DNA from: a virus
Taxonomy: Duplodnaviria > Caudoviricetes
IMG/VR virus record: IMGVR_UViG_3300049782_000046
Span: 1 to 53,936 of that record
Reading direction: 5' to 3' (one strand)
Length of the DNA: 53,936 bases
Below, one piece after another: positions 35,509-45,489 of the stretch. The position numbers and the translations under genes are program-made. The notes beneath the pieces were generated by a model, which saw only the letters and a list, made by a program, of their open reading frames with translations, did not search any database and was not told the DNA's origin. Numbering within the stretch: the first letter of the stretch is position 1; each line of letters starts with the position of its first letter.

Positions 35509-38500
35509 TTACCGCCCGCGCCCGCGCACCCGCATCGCCGCCTGAGCGGCGAACCGGTCCGCGTCAGCGTCCTGGTAGATGTTCTGCTCGTTGATCACGA
35601 CAGCGGGGGCCGACGAGCCGCCACCCGAAGCGGTACCGGACGTCCCGGCCTGCGTGGTGTTCAACCCTCCCGGCGACGTGTAGGAGCCGCCCCGGGCCTG
35701 CTGAGGAGCAGAAACCCTGCTCATGTTGGTCGGCGCCGCCATCGACATGTACGGCGACTGGCGCGCAGGACTCACGCTCAACCCGAAATCGGAGGCGACC
35801 TGCGACACCAGCCCTACGGCCCGCTGCCGGTACTTCGCCTCATACGGGATGAACGCCTCGGCCGCGCCTGACCCGCTCGACCCCTCGCCGAACAGGATGG
35901 TGGGACGGCTGAGTACACCAGGCGGCTGCGGGCGAGCCAGCCCCGCAGCCGCTGCGTAGTCGATCCCACCGCCGGCGTAGCGGACGATGCCGCCAGCGGC
36001 CTGCCGCATCGACTTGCGCGCCCCGTGCTCCTGCAATTCGGTGCGGACCTGGATCGTGTACGTCTTCGCGAAGAAGTCGGCGATTCTTTTGCCGAGCGCT
36101 CCCAGGGCGTCGAGTGCCCCCGAGGTGTCGGCGCCGACCTTGACCTCTTTGGACTTCAGTTCGGCGATCAGGTCCTTGACGCCCTTCACCCCGGTTGCGG
36201 CCTTGTCGGCCTGCGTGCGGTTGATCCCGAACCCCTCGGCCAGCTTGTAGATCTGCTCGCGCGCCTCGTTCGACTTCCCTGCCAGGGCGAACAGCTGCGG
36301 AATCTGCTCAATGAACGCGTCGCGCGCCTGACCGCTCTTGAGAGCGGCCTCACCAGTCTTGCCCGCCATTTCACCCGCAGCCCGGGCGGCCTCCAGGACC
36401 TTGGTGATGTAGCCGCCGAACTGCTCTCTAGCCTCGACGACGGCGCGTTTCTGCTTGTCCGTCATCTGGGCTGTGATGTCGAGCCGGCCGCCAGCCTGCT
36501 GGATCGCGTCCCGGGCCCGGTCGAACGCGTCCTTGAGTTCCAGCGTCCGCTGGGCGACGTCGGTCTTGGCGTTGAACATGTCCAACGACGAGTTAAATGA
36601 CTGCATCGCTACAGCAGTCGGGTCGACCTTCGCCCCGAGCAGCCCCATAGCGACGGACATCTCCGTCGTCTTCGGGATGACGCCATCCAGAGAGGAGGCG
36701 TATTCCGGGAAAAGCTCCCTCAGCTTGTGGACGGGAACGCCGGCCTCGACTGCCTGCTTGGCCAGCCGGTTGAACGCCTCAGCCGCCCCTTGGGTGTTGC
36801 CGTTGGCGACCATCGTTGACAGAGCCTTGTCCAGGTTGTCGATCGCCTGACGGCCGCCATCCAGCTGCACACCGAAGTTCCCGAGAGTGTCATCGACCAG
36901 ACCCTTGAGAGAGTTATCGAGTTTCAGGAACGGGTTGTCAGAGGTGAGCCGCTGGGCGCTCTCCACGAAGCCTTCGAACTTGCCGGTCAGGCTGAACGTC
37001 TTGGAGTCGAGCTGGTCCAACAGCTCCGCGGCAGGCTTGCCGCCCTTCCCGAAGTCAGCCAAGCCTTTCGCCAGTTTGTCGATGTCGGGGTTGAGGCCGT
37101 CCAGCGAGTCGGCGATCGAATCGACCGCCAGCACAGTGCCTGCGGCTGCGGCTGCGATCACGCCGCCCTTGCCGATCAGGCCGGCAAGGTTCGACAGTTT
37201 GCCCTTCGCCCCGTCTGCGCTCTTGCCTGCGGAGTCGAGGCTGCCGGACAGGTTCTGGAAGAACCCGACCACGCCAGACACTGCCTGGTAGCTCTTAACG
37301 GCAAGGATCACGCCGCCGATGGCCAGAGCGAGCGCCTCGATCTGGCCAGGACTCATCTCGCTCAGGACCTGCGCCAGCAACACCAGCGCGCCGAGCTTGA
37401 GCGTGGCGCCGATCTTTACGGCGGCGATGATCAGTCCGACGCCCTTGGCGATTGCCTCGATCTGCTCGGGTTTGAGGGCGGCCAGCTTCTCCGACAGGGA
37501 GACGAAGAGATCAAGCAGATTGGAGCCGACACCGGCGCCAGCCTCAGCGAGGTTGCCGACGAACTCAGCCAGGTTGCGGACGATCTCCACGACCTTCGGC
37601 CCGTTCGCCGCGGCGTAGGCGATGAAGTCCTTGAACTCAGGCGAGTCCTTCAGGCTCTCGCCCCAGTCCTCGAACCCCTGGGTCGCGTTCTCCAGGAAGT
37701 CCATCAGCTGGTCGGTGTACGGCAGGAAAGCCTCGATCACGCCTCGCAGGCCCGAGGCGACGTTCACCGCAGAGTCGGACAAGCCATCGATCGCGCGCGG
37801 CGCCTGCGTGGTGAGCTCGTCGAAGAACGACTTCCACTGGTCGTTGTTCAACTCTCGGTTGAGCTGCTTGAGGAAGCTGTCGAACGCCTTGGAGGATTCC
37901 TTGATGAGCGGAGTACTGATCTTCATCCCGGTGTTCATCAGATCCATCCCGGACCGGATCACCGGGAACACGTCCGGCTGCAGCGACCGCTGCCATTCGA
38001 TGTAGGAGTCCTGGAACTTCTTGATGTCGCGGGCAAGCGCCTGCTCTGCCTTGCTGAGCTCGGCAAACTTAGACGCTGCAGCGCTCGCCGCGCCTCCCGT
38101 CTGCTGCATGGCGGCCTTTTGCTGGAGTTGCAGAACGGTCAGGTGCTTCTGCGCCTCAGCGAGATCAGCCTGTGACTTCAGCAGCTTGTCCTGGGCGGCG
38201 CGGACCTGGTCCGAGCCCTCGACGCCCTTCTTGTCCGCCTCCGCCTTGTCCTCTTTGAGTCGCTTCGTGCGGACGGACTGCTCCTCCAGCCTCTGGACGG
38301 CCTGCCGGTAGTTGAGCTCGGCCCGCTTTCGTTCGAGTTCGGTCGCCTCGGGGTCGGCCTGTACGTCGGCGAGCCTTTGCCGTGCCTCCTCGACGCTAAG
38401 GGCGGCATCCTCTTCAGCGAGAGCCGCGTCCTTAACCGAGAGCGTGTAGTCCTCCAGGGCGCGCTTAGCGTCCCGGCGGGCCCGCGTCAGGTCCTCTTGG

Positions 38501-39135
38501 GCCTGCTTGACGCCCTTCTGCGCGTCGGCGACCCTGCGCTCGGCCTGCTCCAGTTGGAGGGCGCGAGAGGCCGCCTCAGCGGCAGCCTGGGCGGCTGACT
38601 TGGTGGCTCCTCCGGCGCCGCCCGCGGCGGACGCCTGCTGCTTGAGAGCCTCGTTGATCCGCCCTAGTGACGGCACCGCGACCGCGGCGAACCCTGCCGC
38701 TCCAACTCCAGCGGCTGCGAATGCTCCGCCGAGAGCTCCCACACCGACCGCGATGGACGTCACCGCGGGCAGTGACGCGAGAGCAGCACCGACCAGGGCG
38801 ATCGCTGATAGTGCGCCCGCCACGTCCGCGTTCACCATGACACGGGCACTACGCCCGACCAGGCGGGACACATCAGAGTCGACGCGCTTCAGCTGCGACG
38901 ACGCCGACGACGTGTCGGCGTCGACCCGGACCCGTGCGTTGGAGCGTGCGAGCCGGTCGACGTCGCGTTGCACCGACTGGATCTGCGTGGTGGCAGCCGT
39001 CGTGTCCGCGCCTACTTTGATGTCCCCGCTGAGACTGCTACGCAGCTTTGAGGCTGCCGCCTCGGCCCTTGCCATCGCCGACACGAACGGGGTGATGTCG
39101 GCGTCCAAACGGACGGTTACGGACCTGTCGGCCAC
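35509..39135 (-). CDS. Tape measure protein
   Basis: About 1200 aa, Ala/Gly-rich and helical, downstream of the tail chaperones; RBS GGAGGTGA before GTG 39135. Confidence 0.9.
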   Translation of the reverse strand: MADRSVTVRLDADITPFVSAMARAEAAASKLRSSLSGDIKVGADTTAATTQIQSVQRDVDRLARSNARVRVDADTSSASSQLKRVDSDVSRLVGRSARVMVNADVAGALSAIALVGAALASLPAVTSIAVGVGALGGAFAAAGVGAAGFAAVAVPSLGRINEALKQQASAAGGAGGATKSAAQAAAEAASRALQLEQAERRVADAQKGVKQAQEDLTRARRDAKRALEDYTLSVKDAALAEEDAALSVEEARQRLADVQADPEATELERKRAELNYRQAVQRLEEQSVRTKRLKEDKAEADKKGVEGSDQVRAAQDKLLKSQADLAEAQKHLTVLQLQQKAAMQQTGGAASAAASKFAELSKAEQALARDIKKFQDSYIEWQRSLQPDVFPVIRSGMDLMNTGMKISTPLIKESSKAFDSFLKQLNRELNNDQWKSFFDELTTQAPRAIDGLSDSAVNVASGLRGVIEAFLPYTDQLMDFLENATQGFEDWGESLKDSPEFKDFIAYAAANGPKVVEIVRNLAEFVGNLAEAGAGVGSNLLDLFVSLSEKLAALKPEQIEAIAKGVGLIIAAVKIGATLKLGALVLLAQVLSEMSPGQIEALALAIGGVILAVKSYQAVSGVVGFFQNLSGSLDSAGKSADGAKGKLSNLAGLIGKGGVIAAAAAGTVLAVDSIADSLDGLNPDIDKLAKGLADFGKGGKPAAELLDQLDSKTFSLTGKFEGFVESAQRLTSDNPFLKLDNSLKGLVDDTLGNFGVQLDGGRQAIDNLDKALSTMVANGNTQGAAEAFNRLAKQAVEAGVPVHKLRELFPEYASSLDGVIPKTTEMSVAMGLLGAKVDPTAVAMQSFNSSLDMFNAKTDVAQRTLELKDAFDRARDAIQQAGGRLDITAQMTDKQKRAVVEAREQFGGYITKVLEAARAAGEMAGKTGEAALKSGQARDAFIEQIPQLFALAGKSNEAREQIYKLAEGFGINRTQADKAATGVKGVKDLIAELKSKEVKVGADTSGALDALGALGKRIADFFAKTYTIQVRTELQEHGARKSMRQAAGGIVRYAGGGIDYAAAAGLARPQPPGVLSRPTILFGEGSSGSGAAEAFIPYEAKYRQRAVGLVSQVASDFGLSVSPARQSPYMSMAAPTNMSRVSAPQQARGGSYTSPGGLNTTQAGTSGTASGGGSSAPAVVINEQNIYQDADADRFAAQAAMRVRGRGR

Positions 39136-39271
39136 GGCGGGACTCACCTCCGCCCTGGGGCCCAAATGCGCGAGTTTCCGGGATGGATCAGCGACGGTCG
39201 TGTAACGGTGCAAACCGCGTCATCTTGTGGCGCGTCTTACGCGCGCCTATCTTCTGCCTCTGGAGTCCCTC

Positions 39272-39739
39272 ATGACGTACTACGGCCCTCAGGACGGTCA
39301 GCCGTACCCGCAGCAGCCCTCGACCCCTTACGGGCAGCCGTACGGCCCTCCAGGGCAGCCCACGTACCCGACGCAGCCGCCCATGTACGGACCGCCTTCG
39401 CATGCTGTGCCGCGCCGCAGCCAAGGGCTGGCCATCACGACCCTCGCGTCAGGGGTGGTCGCGGTCGTAATCGCGCTCACTCCGTTGTCGGGCATCGGCG
39501 TCATCATCGGCCTCATCACTGCGATCCTGGCCATCGTCGCCTTGGTGGCTAAGAGTCAGGGCGGTAAGAAGTTCGCCGGCGCCGGGCTCGCCCTCGGCAT
39601 GGTGTCGTTGCCCGTGGCCGTGCTCATGTACATGTGGGCTGCCGACTCGGCCAAATCCAACCTCGAACAGCAGAAGCTCATGGAGCAGTGCTTGGAGGAG
39701 GAGCCGGAGAACATCATCGAGTGCGCCAACCTCGACTAA
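39272..39739 (+). CDS. DUF4190-like membrane protein, antisense moron
   Basis: PYGQP-rich N-terminus, GLAITTL...three TMs, AGLALG. Confidence 0.7.
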   Translation: MTYYGPQDGQPYPQQPSTPYGQPYGPPGQPTYPTQPPMYGPPSHAVPRRSQGLAITTLASGVVAVVIALTPLSGIGVIIGLITAILAIVALVAKSQGGKKFAGAGLALGMVSLPVAVLMYMWAADSAKSNLEQQKLMEQCLEEEPENIIECANLD

Positions 39740-40161
39740 GTCTTGGCCAGCACCTTCCTCGCCTTCAGATAAACCCGGAACAGCAGCCCAGGCGGAGACT
39801 CGGTGTACTCGGCCTTGCGGTGCTCCAACGGGGTACAGGCGTGACACCGCATTGGCGGCGGAGCCTCGTAAGCACCCTCATTGTCCGGGTTGGTCGTCTC
39901 GCTCAACGGCAGCTGGCAGCCTGGGCATTGATCCAGTTGGATGCGATGCCACGCTTTGGCGTAGGCGAGATCCTCGTCCGTCCACTCGGCGTCATAGGTG
40001 ACGACCTCGCGGATCAGGCGTCCCTTGTCGTCGAACTCCCGCTCGGTCACCGAGCGACGCTGCCGGCCCAGCAGGACCGACCGGGGCACCCGGTAGGCGG
40101 CGGCGAGCGCTACCTCTTCCGCGAGTTCCGGAGAAGCTCGGAGGCTCTCGATGATTTTGGG
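39736..40161 (-). CDS. Tail assembly chaperone, frameshifted (GT-like) portion
   Basis: The -1 frame is open from the slippery CCCAAAA; CPGC/CHAC. Confidence 0.75.
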   Translation of the reverse strand, partial: PKIIESLRASPELAEEVALAAAYRVPRSVLLGRQRRSVTEREFDDKGRLIREVVTYDAEWTDEDLAYAKAWHRIQLDQCPGCQLPLSETTNPDNEGAYEAPPPMRCHACTPLEHRKAEYTESPPGLLFRVYLKARKVLAKT

Positions 40162-40634
40162 ACCGACACCGAGTTCTGGTTAAGTGCCCACACGGTGCTC
40201 CACAGGTCATCCCACTGCCCCTGGGTGAGAGAGTCGACCAGTAGGCCGGCCTTCTCCTCGCTCATCGCAGGGTCTACGGCGGACTTCGCCAGCAGCGCCA
40301 CCCCGAACGTGTCGACGTTGAAGCTCCGCTCGCCCTTGTCCTCCCGGGGCGGGTGCGCGGCGATCAGGTCCGATAGTTGCTTGTGGGTGAGGGCCCGCAC
40401 CCGGATGGGGATGCTGTGTTCGGCCATCTCCGCTTCGAGGTCGCGGACCCGCTGCGCCGCCTTCTTACCGGCCGCGCCGACGCCGGCAAGGGAGTCGTTG
40501 GCCTCTGCGGCGGCCCGGGTGACCTCTTGTTCGGCCTGCTCCCATTCCGCCCGTAGGTCCGCCCGAGTGCACAGGTAGTAGACGGCCTCGGGCAGGCGGA
40601 TCTGCCCGAGGATGTCGTCGATGGACGCCATCAC
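40110..40634 (-). CDS. Tail assembly chaperone (G-like)
   Basis: Between the major tail and TMP genes; LIAAHPPR. Confidence 0.8.
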   Translation of the reverse strand: MMASIDDILGQIRLPEAVYYLCTRADLRAEWEQAEQEVTRAAAEANDSLAGVGAAGKKAAQRVRDLEAEMAEHSIPIRVRALTHKQLSDLIAAHPPREDKGERSFNVDTFGVALLAKSAVDPAMSEEKAGLLVDSLTQGQWDDLWSTVWALNQNSVSVPKSSRASELLRNSRKR

Positions 40635-41116
40635 GCGGCCACCAACGCGTCAGCGTCAGCCGTGGTGTGGTTGAACAGCTTGGACACGAACCTCTGCGCC
40701 GCGTTCAGCTCGGGCGGCTGCATGTTCGGCCGACCGCACCTGACCGGATACACCTCGACGTGCTGCCCCGCCGCGTACGCGGTCTCGTGGGCGAGGTTAC
40801 GCCGCACCACCAGGTAGCCGAGTTGCCGGTCCACGAGGGTGTCCCAGCCGATGTCGTCAACCGAGTTTTCCTTGCGCTTGACCGTCAGCTCAATGCTGTA
40901 TTTCACGCTTCCTGCGTCTTCGGTTTCGTCTCTGCTGGCCAGCGCCGTGTTGTCGACCGCGGCCTGCTCGGGCGCGATGCCGAGACCGTCCTTGGTGATG
41001 TACTCCTGCAGGTCCACGCCCGCGTTGCATTCGGCGGCGGTCGGTGCGGAGATGTTCGCGATCGTCAGGCAGAACGTCACCTTGACGTTGCCGTCGCCCA
41101 AAAGGTCGGCAGCCAT
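40631..41116 (-). CDS. Major tail protein
   Basis: ISAPTAAECNAGVDL...GYLVVRR...VEVYPV. Confidence 0.85.
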   Translation of the reverse strand: MAADLLGDGNVKVTFCLTIANISAPTAAECNAGVDLQEYITKDGLGIAPEQAAVDNTALASRDETEDAGSVKYSIELTVKRKENSVDDIGWDTLVDRQLGYLVVRRNLAHETAYAAGQHVEVYPVRCGRPNMQPPELNAAQRFVSKLFNHTTADADALVAA

Positions 41117-41119
41117 GGG

Positions 41120-41323
41120 TCACTCCTCTTCGGTGGTCTTGGCCGCCGTGCTGCGGCGCGTACTGGGCTTGGGCTCAGCCGCCCCTGCGGGCGGCTCGAC
41201 GAACGTGGCTTCCGGCGCGGCGTCGACCGGCTCGTAGTCGGGGAAGTGCCGCAGGGCGCCCGGGGAGATCTCGGTGACGTCGCCTGTCACCTTCGAGCGG
41301 ACGCGGATCGTGGGGCGGGGCAT
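41120..41323 (-). CDS. Small hypothetical protein
   Basis: TGATG coupling. Confidence 0.55.
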   Translation of the reverse strand: MPRPTIRVRSKVTGDVTEISPGALRHFPDYEPVDAAPEATFVEPPAGAAEPKPSTRRSTAAKTTEEE

Positions 41324-41655
41324 CAGATCCGCCCGACCGAGAACGTGACCGACGTGACGGAGCTGGCGACGAAAGTCACCAGACGCCCGTCGTTCGGGTC
41401 GCCGTACGAGGGCAGCATCGGAATCCACTGCTCGGCGCCGGCCCCGATCGTGTACGCCTTGTCCGGGTTGTCCACCAGGTAGTCGGTCTGGCCGGCGCCA
41501 GACACGGTGACGGTGATGGAGCCACCCGACCCGTTCTTGAAGTGCACGAACGTCCGGGAATCGGCGAGGACCTTGTCCCCGGTGGTGGCGGTCGCGGCGT
41601 AGTAGGTCGGCGTGACACCGCCGACCGTGACCGCCTGAGCTGTGCGGGTAGCCAT
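41323..41655 (-). CDS. Putative virion protein
   Basis: KNGSGGSITVTV; RBS AAGGAG. Confidence 0.65.
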   Translation of the reverse strand: MATRTAQAVTVGGVTPTYYAATATTGDKVLADSRTFVHFKNGSGGSITVTVSGAGQTDYLVDNPDKAYTIGAGAEQWIPMLPSYGDPNDGRLVTFVASSVTSVTFSVGRI

Positions 41656-41725
41656 GCGGGCTCTCCTTCAGGGCATGCGAAAGAGCCCGCGCACCAGGGG
41701 GTGTCGGGCTACGAAAGACCGGGTG

Positions 41726-42160
41726 TTATGCGGGCTGCGAGCGGAACGCGATCTCGACGACGGCCATGTACACGGCCGGGGCGACGGACTCGTCCTTGAT
41801 GACCGGTGGACCGCCCGGCGTCTGAACGCGGTAGGTGGACCGGCCTGCGACGGTGAGCCGCTGGCCGATCAGCGCGGCGCGAACGTCATCTGCGGCATCC
41901 TCGGCTTGCGTCTCGGTGGCGCCGAACACGTTGATCTGCGCGGCGTAGTCGAGGTATTCCAGCGGCTCGGACACGTTACCGTCAGGGGTTCCCGGCGATG
42001 GGTAGACGACGGCGTAGCGGATGTAGGTGGAGGTTCCGGGGTTGCCTGACCAACCTGCGCCTGCTGGTTTGGTGGACCGTCCGACCAGCATGGGGATCGC
42101 TGCGATGGCGGCCACCACGGCGTCGGTGTGAGGCTTGGACGGGGCGATGGGGATGCTCAT
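41726..42160 (-). CDS. Tail terminator
   Basis: YAVVYP...QINVFG..ETQAE; gene order. Confidence 0.7.
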   Translation of the reverse strand: MSIPIAPSKPHTDAVVAAIAAIPMLVGRSTKPAGAGWSGNPGTSTYIRYAVVYPSPGTPDGNVSEPLEYLDYAAQINVFGATETQAEDAADDVRAALIGQRLTVAGRSTYRVQTPGGPPVIKDESVAPAVYMAVVEIAFRSQPA

Positions 42161-42507
42161 TCGAGCGCCTTCTTGCCCACCTGCCCGAGGACGTCGGGCA
42201 GCGGTTCGACGGCTCTATCGAAGGCCGGCCGCATGTACGGCTGCGGATCCATGCGACTCGTCCCATATTCGACGTAGCCGCCATAGTTCGCGGTGGGGCC
42301 TGCCTCGAATCCGAGCCCGTCGGCGTCGAAGTCCACGCCGATGGAGTTCTTCAGATTCCCGGTGTCCACCGGTGCAGCCGTCTGTGCGCCGGCCACGGTG
42401 TCGAACCCGACCTTGCGGACCACCTGCTCGGTGAGCGCTTCGGCTTTCGGCCCCGCCTCGCCGATGCTCTTGATCAGCCCGTCGAGTTCGGAGGTGTCCC
42501 AGCCCAT
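42157..42507 (-). CDS. HK97 gp10-like neck protein
   Basis: APVDTGNLKNSI...YVEYGTSRM.PQPYMRPA. Confidence 0.9.
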   Translation of the reverse strand: MGWDTSELDGLIKSIGEAGPKAEALTEQVVRKVGFDTVAGAQTAAPVDTGNLKNSIGVDFDADGLGFEAGPTANYGGYVEYGTSRMDPQPYMRPAFDRAVEPLPDVLGQVGKKALE

Positions 42508-42508
42508 G

Positions 42509-42943
42509 TCACGCCTCCAGGTCGGTCAGGTCCTGCTCGGCGATGAGGACGCGTTCCCACTGCTCGGATCCCATCCGCACGTCCATGATCCGTAGGTCTA
42601 CGCCGACCAGGCGCGGGTCTTTGGCTGTGTTGATGTGGATGTTGTCGCCCTCGCGGACCTCGGCGGCGTCCCATTCGACGGCGACCTCGTAGCCCCGTGT
42701 GGTGACTCGGTGGTCGCCGGAGACGACGTAGCGGGCTTCCGCCGGCTGCGCGGTGACCCTGCACGGACCGGTGTAGACGGTGGTCGCGGTCGGCGGGTGC
42801 CAGACGCCGTCCTCATCGATCGTGCCTTCACCAGTTCCGGGCCGGGTGATGGTGCACGTCCCGGTCTGGGTGCCAGTCGCGACAGGCCGGTGATGCTGCG
42901 ACCAGCGCGCGTGGAACGGCGAGTGACCTGCTAGGGGCATCAC
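42509..42943 (-). CDS. Head-to-tail stopper (DUF6093-like)
   Basis: CTITR...VYTGPCRV...DPRLVG. Confidence 0.75.
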   Translation of the reverse strand: MMPLAGHSPFHARWSQHHRPVATGTQTGTCTITRPGTGEGTIDEDGVWHPPTATTVYTGPCRVTAQPAEARYVVSGDHRVTTRGYEVAVEWDAAEVREGDNIHINTAKDPRLVGVDLRIMDVRMGSEQWERVLIAEQDLTDLEA

Positions 42944-42948
42944 ACCTC

Positions 42949-43305
42949 CTAGCAGGGCTCGTAACCCAGATAGCCGAGATGCGGGTCGAAGTCGACGACG
43001 TCGAATCCCACGCTGTCGTCGCCGACGCCCTCGTCCACCTGACGGCGCAACTCCGTGGCGCGGGCGCGGAGTTCGGCGGCGACCTTCGCGCCATCCGTGG
43101 AGATGTCCTGCGTCTTGATGACCTTGGACACCAGCACCTCAGAGGAGGCGATCACGTCCAAGGCTGCCGCAGCGGCCAGCTTGACCGAGCCTTCCATCGA
43201 CAGGAAGGCCTCGATCTGCGGGTCGATCAGGAGCGCGTTCTGCTCATCGGTATCCGGGATCAGCAGACGCACCCTGCCGACGTCGGTGGAGTAGTCGATC
43301 GCCAT
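42949..43305 (-). CDS. Head-to-tail adaptor
   Basis: VGRVRLLIPDTD...IEAFL...AAAAALDVIA. Confidence 0.75.
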   Translation of the reverse strand: MAIDYSTDVGRVRLLIPDTDEQNALLIDPQIEAFLSMEGSVKLAAAAALDVIASSEVLVSKVIKTQDISTDGAKVAAELRARATELRRQVDEGVGDDSVGFDVVDFDPHLGYLGYEPC

Positions 43306-43316
43306 CCTGCACCTCC

Positions 43317-43652
43317 TTACGAGGCCGGGATGACCGCGATCCCCCACGTGGCGGACGCCGGATCGATCGCGCCCGCAGTGCCGTTGATGATCCGGATGGT
43401 CACCGTGTTCGCCGCTGAGACGAACGCGGAGACCACCAGGCCGGCGGTCAGGTTGCCCGGCGGAGCTGCGATGGCGAAGTCGCCGGTCGCGGCCCCTGTG
43501 ACGGTGGCGGTAAGAGTGCCGACCGCGCCCGCGGCTATGGACGCGAAATCCAGCGTCGCCGTAGCGGTGAGCATCTTCTGCGACGCCGGGATACGGCCCG
43601 AGGTGTTGAGTGTGGCGAGGCCGCCGGCCATGCCCTTGGCTGTGGTGCCCAT
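43317..43652 (-). CDS. Putative head fibre / decoration protein
   Basis: GLATLNTSGRIP; TLDFASIAAG..TVTGAATGD. Confidence 0.6.
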   Translation of the reverse strand: MGTTAKGMAGGLATLNTSGRIPASQKMLTATATLDFASIAAGAVGTLTATVTGAATGDFAIAAPPGNLTAGLVVSAFVSAANTVTIRIINGTAGAIDPASATWGIAVIPAS

Positions 43653-43903
43653 CAGGCCCCTCCTGTCTTCCGTGTGGTGGTTCGCTTGCGCGGCGTCGGC
43701 TCGGTGAGCTTCTCCTCGGCCTGGGCTGCCTTCGGGGCGGCCCGGGGGCTGTCCTTGGCCGGGAGCGCCGGTTCCCGGAGTTCCACCGGGCCATCCTCCG
43801 GCTCCTGGGGCGGCGCCGGAAGACGGTCCAGGATCTGCCCCAGCCGGTCGTGGATCGCTGCCAGATAGACCTCCGTGCCGTTCACCGGAGGACGTAGCTT
43901 CAT
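43652..43903 (-). CDS. Hypothetical protein
   Basis: Coupled to the capsid gene. Confidence 0.6.
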   Translation of the reverse strand: MKLRPPVNGTEVYLAAIHDRLGQILDRLPAPPQEPEDGPVELREPALPAKDSPRAAPKAAQAEEKLTEPTPRKRTTTRKTGGA

Positions 43904-45090
43904 CAGGAGCCACTGCCGTTGGACGCGACCGCCATCTTCGGGTCCATCAGGGTGCCGCCCAGGACATGGCGCACCTTGTGGCGGATGGCGTCGGTCTCGA
44001 AGTCGCCGTCCTCGACCGGGGCCATGCCGCCGCCGACCCGGATGGAGTCGGGCGCCTTGACGAACACCTCCGGCTGCTCATGACCGCGCAGGAAGCCGAC
44101 CTCCATGGCGGGACGGCCGGCCATGGTCTGCCCGATCAGGTACCAGGAGGTGTTGCCGTTGGCGGTGGCCGACACGATCGGCAGCCACGGGTTTATCACC
44201 GGCGTGATGCGGCGGGCCAGCCAGTTGTTGACGCGCAGCTGGTTGTTGCCGGTGCCGTCGCCGCCGCCGGACGCGGCGTCGATCTGGATGGCGTTGAGGA
44301 TGTTGTTCGCCACGACCTCAAGAGCGGGCGGGACGACGAGGTTCATCCGGTCGATGAAGATCGGGTTGCCGTCGCTGTCGCGCTGAGCGGCCAGAACGGT
44401 CATTGCCGTTTCGAGAGCCTCGACAGACAGGACCGGGTTGCCGGTGACGACGTTGCCGTTACCGCCGGAGAAGAACGTCGAGTTCGGTCCGGACGCGGCG
44501 GCGTACAGCTGGGTGACGAACTTGTCCTCCGTCATCCGCGCCGCACGCCCCAGGATCAGCGGCAGCTCCCGGAAGGAGTCGAGGTCGTCGTTGACGCGCA
44601 TCTCCCACGTCCAGTCCAGGCGCCGGCCGCGCTTGGTGACCCGGTACTCGTACTCGGACGGGGCGACCGCGGCCTCGGGGTACTCGCCGCGTTCCGGCAC
44701 CTCGTCCAGGGTGGCGGACGCGCCGTCGAGCGCGAACCGCTTGACGGTGCGGAAGTCGCGGACGGTGCCGCGGCGCGTGTACAGCTGCCAGGTGGACGGC
44801 CAGTCCTGGTAGGAGCCGAGCACCTGCCTGTCCAGGATGTCGGCGAACAGGATGGAGAAATCCGAGGTGGTCATGGCCTCCTCGAAGTCCAGCAGTGCAC
44901 GCCTGTTGCCCTGGACGGCGCGCTCGTAGAGGCGGGCGGCCTCCACCAGGCGGGAACCGTAGCTGGGGTCGGCCTGGCTGCGCGCCCGGATGCCGCGGAT
45001 GCCGCTGCCGGCGCCTTCCCGCAGCCACGCCGGGGTAGCCCGCTCGGCGGGGCGGGTGCCCTCATCCGGCAGGGTCGTGAGATCCGTCAT
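43903..45090 (-). CDS. Major capsid protein (Mu gpT-like)
   Basis: TTSDF, VRDFR, VPERGEY, NDDLDSF, LVVPPALE, KVRH. Confidence 0.9.
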   Translation of the reverse strand: MTDLTTLPDEGTRPAERATPAWLREGAGSGIRGIRARSQADPSYGSRLVEAARLYERAVQGNRRALLDFEEAMTTSDFSILFADILDRQVLGSYQDWPSTWQLYTRRGTVRDFRTVKRFALDGASATLDEVPERGEYPEAAVAPSEYEYRVTKRGRRLDWTWEMRVNDDLDSFRELPLILGRAARMTEDKFVTQLYAAASGPNSTFFSGGNGNVVTGNPVLSVEALETAMTVLAAQRDSDGNPIFIDRMNLVVPPALEVVANNILNAIQIDAASGGGDGTGNNQLRVNNWLARRITPVINPWLPIVSATANGNTSWYLIGQTMAGRPAMEVGFLRGHEQPEVFVKAPDSIRVGGGMAPVEDGDFETDAIRHKVRHVLGGTLMDPKMAVASNGSGS

Positions 45091-45113
45091 GGTGATGTGG
45101 TCCTTCCCGGCTC

Positions 45114-45488
45114 TCAGTAGCCGACCTTGACGCGGATGGTGGTCGTCGCCCCGCTGGAGACGGCTTCGAGGGCGTAGCCGAAACGGACGCCGTTGGTGTT
45201 GTCGGCGTTCAGCTTGTGAGGCGTGGCGGCCGAGTCGTAGTAGACGATCGCGCCGACAGCGATGGCGGCGTTGGTCGTCGTCTCGCCCTTGACCGGCAGG
45301 TCGAACACGCCGTCGGTCTGGATGGTGGCCATGCCGTCGGCGTCCTCGCTCGTGAGCGCGACGGCGGGCAGCTGCCCGATCACGACAGGATCGCCGGACA
45401 GGACCAGGCCGCCGTCGCCGGTGCCGGTGACGCCGGACACGTCGGCCTCGAACTGGCGTCCGCGCTCGAACACCCTGTTGGTCGCCAT
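45114..45488 (-). CDS. DUF2190-family capsid cement protein
   Basis: SGDPVVIGQLPAVAL...GVFDL...GAIVYYD. Confidence 0.8.
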   Translation of the reverse strand: MATNRVFERGRQFEADVSGVTGTGDGGLVLSGDPVVIGQLPAVALTSEDADGMATIQTDGVFDLPVKGETTTNAAIAVGAIVYYDSAATPHKLNADNTNGVRFGYALEAVSSGATTTIRVKVGY

Positions 45489-45489
45489 A

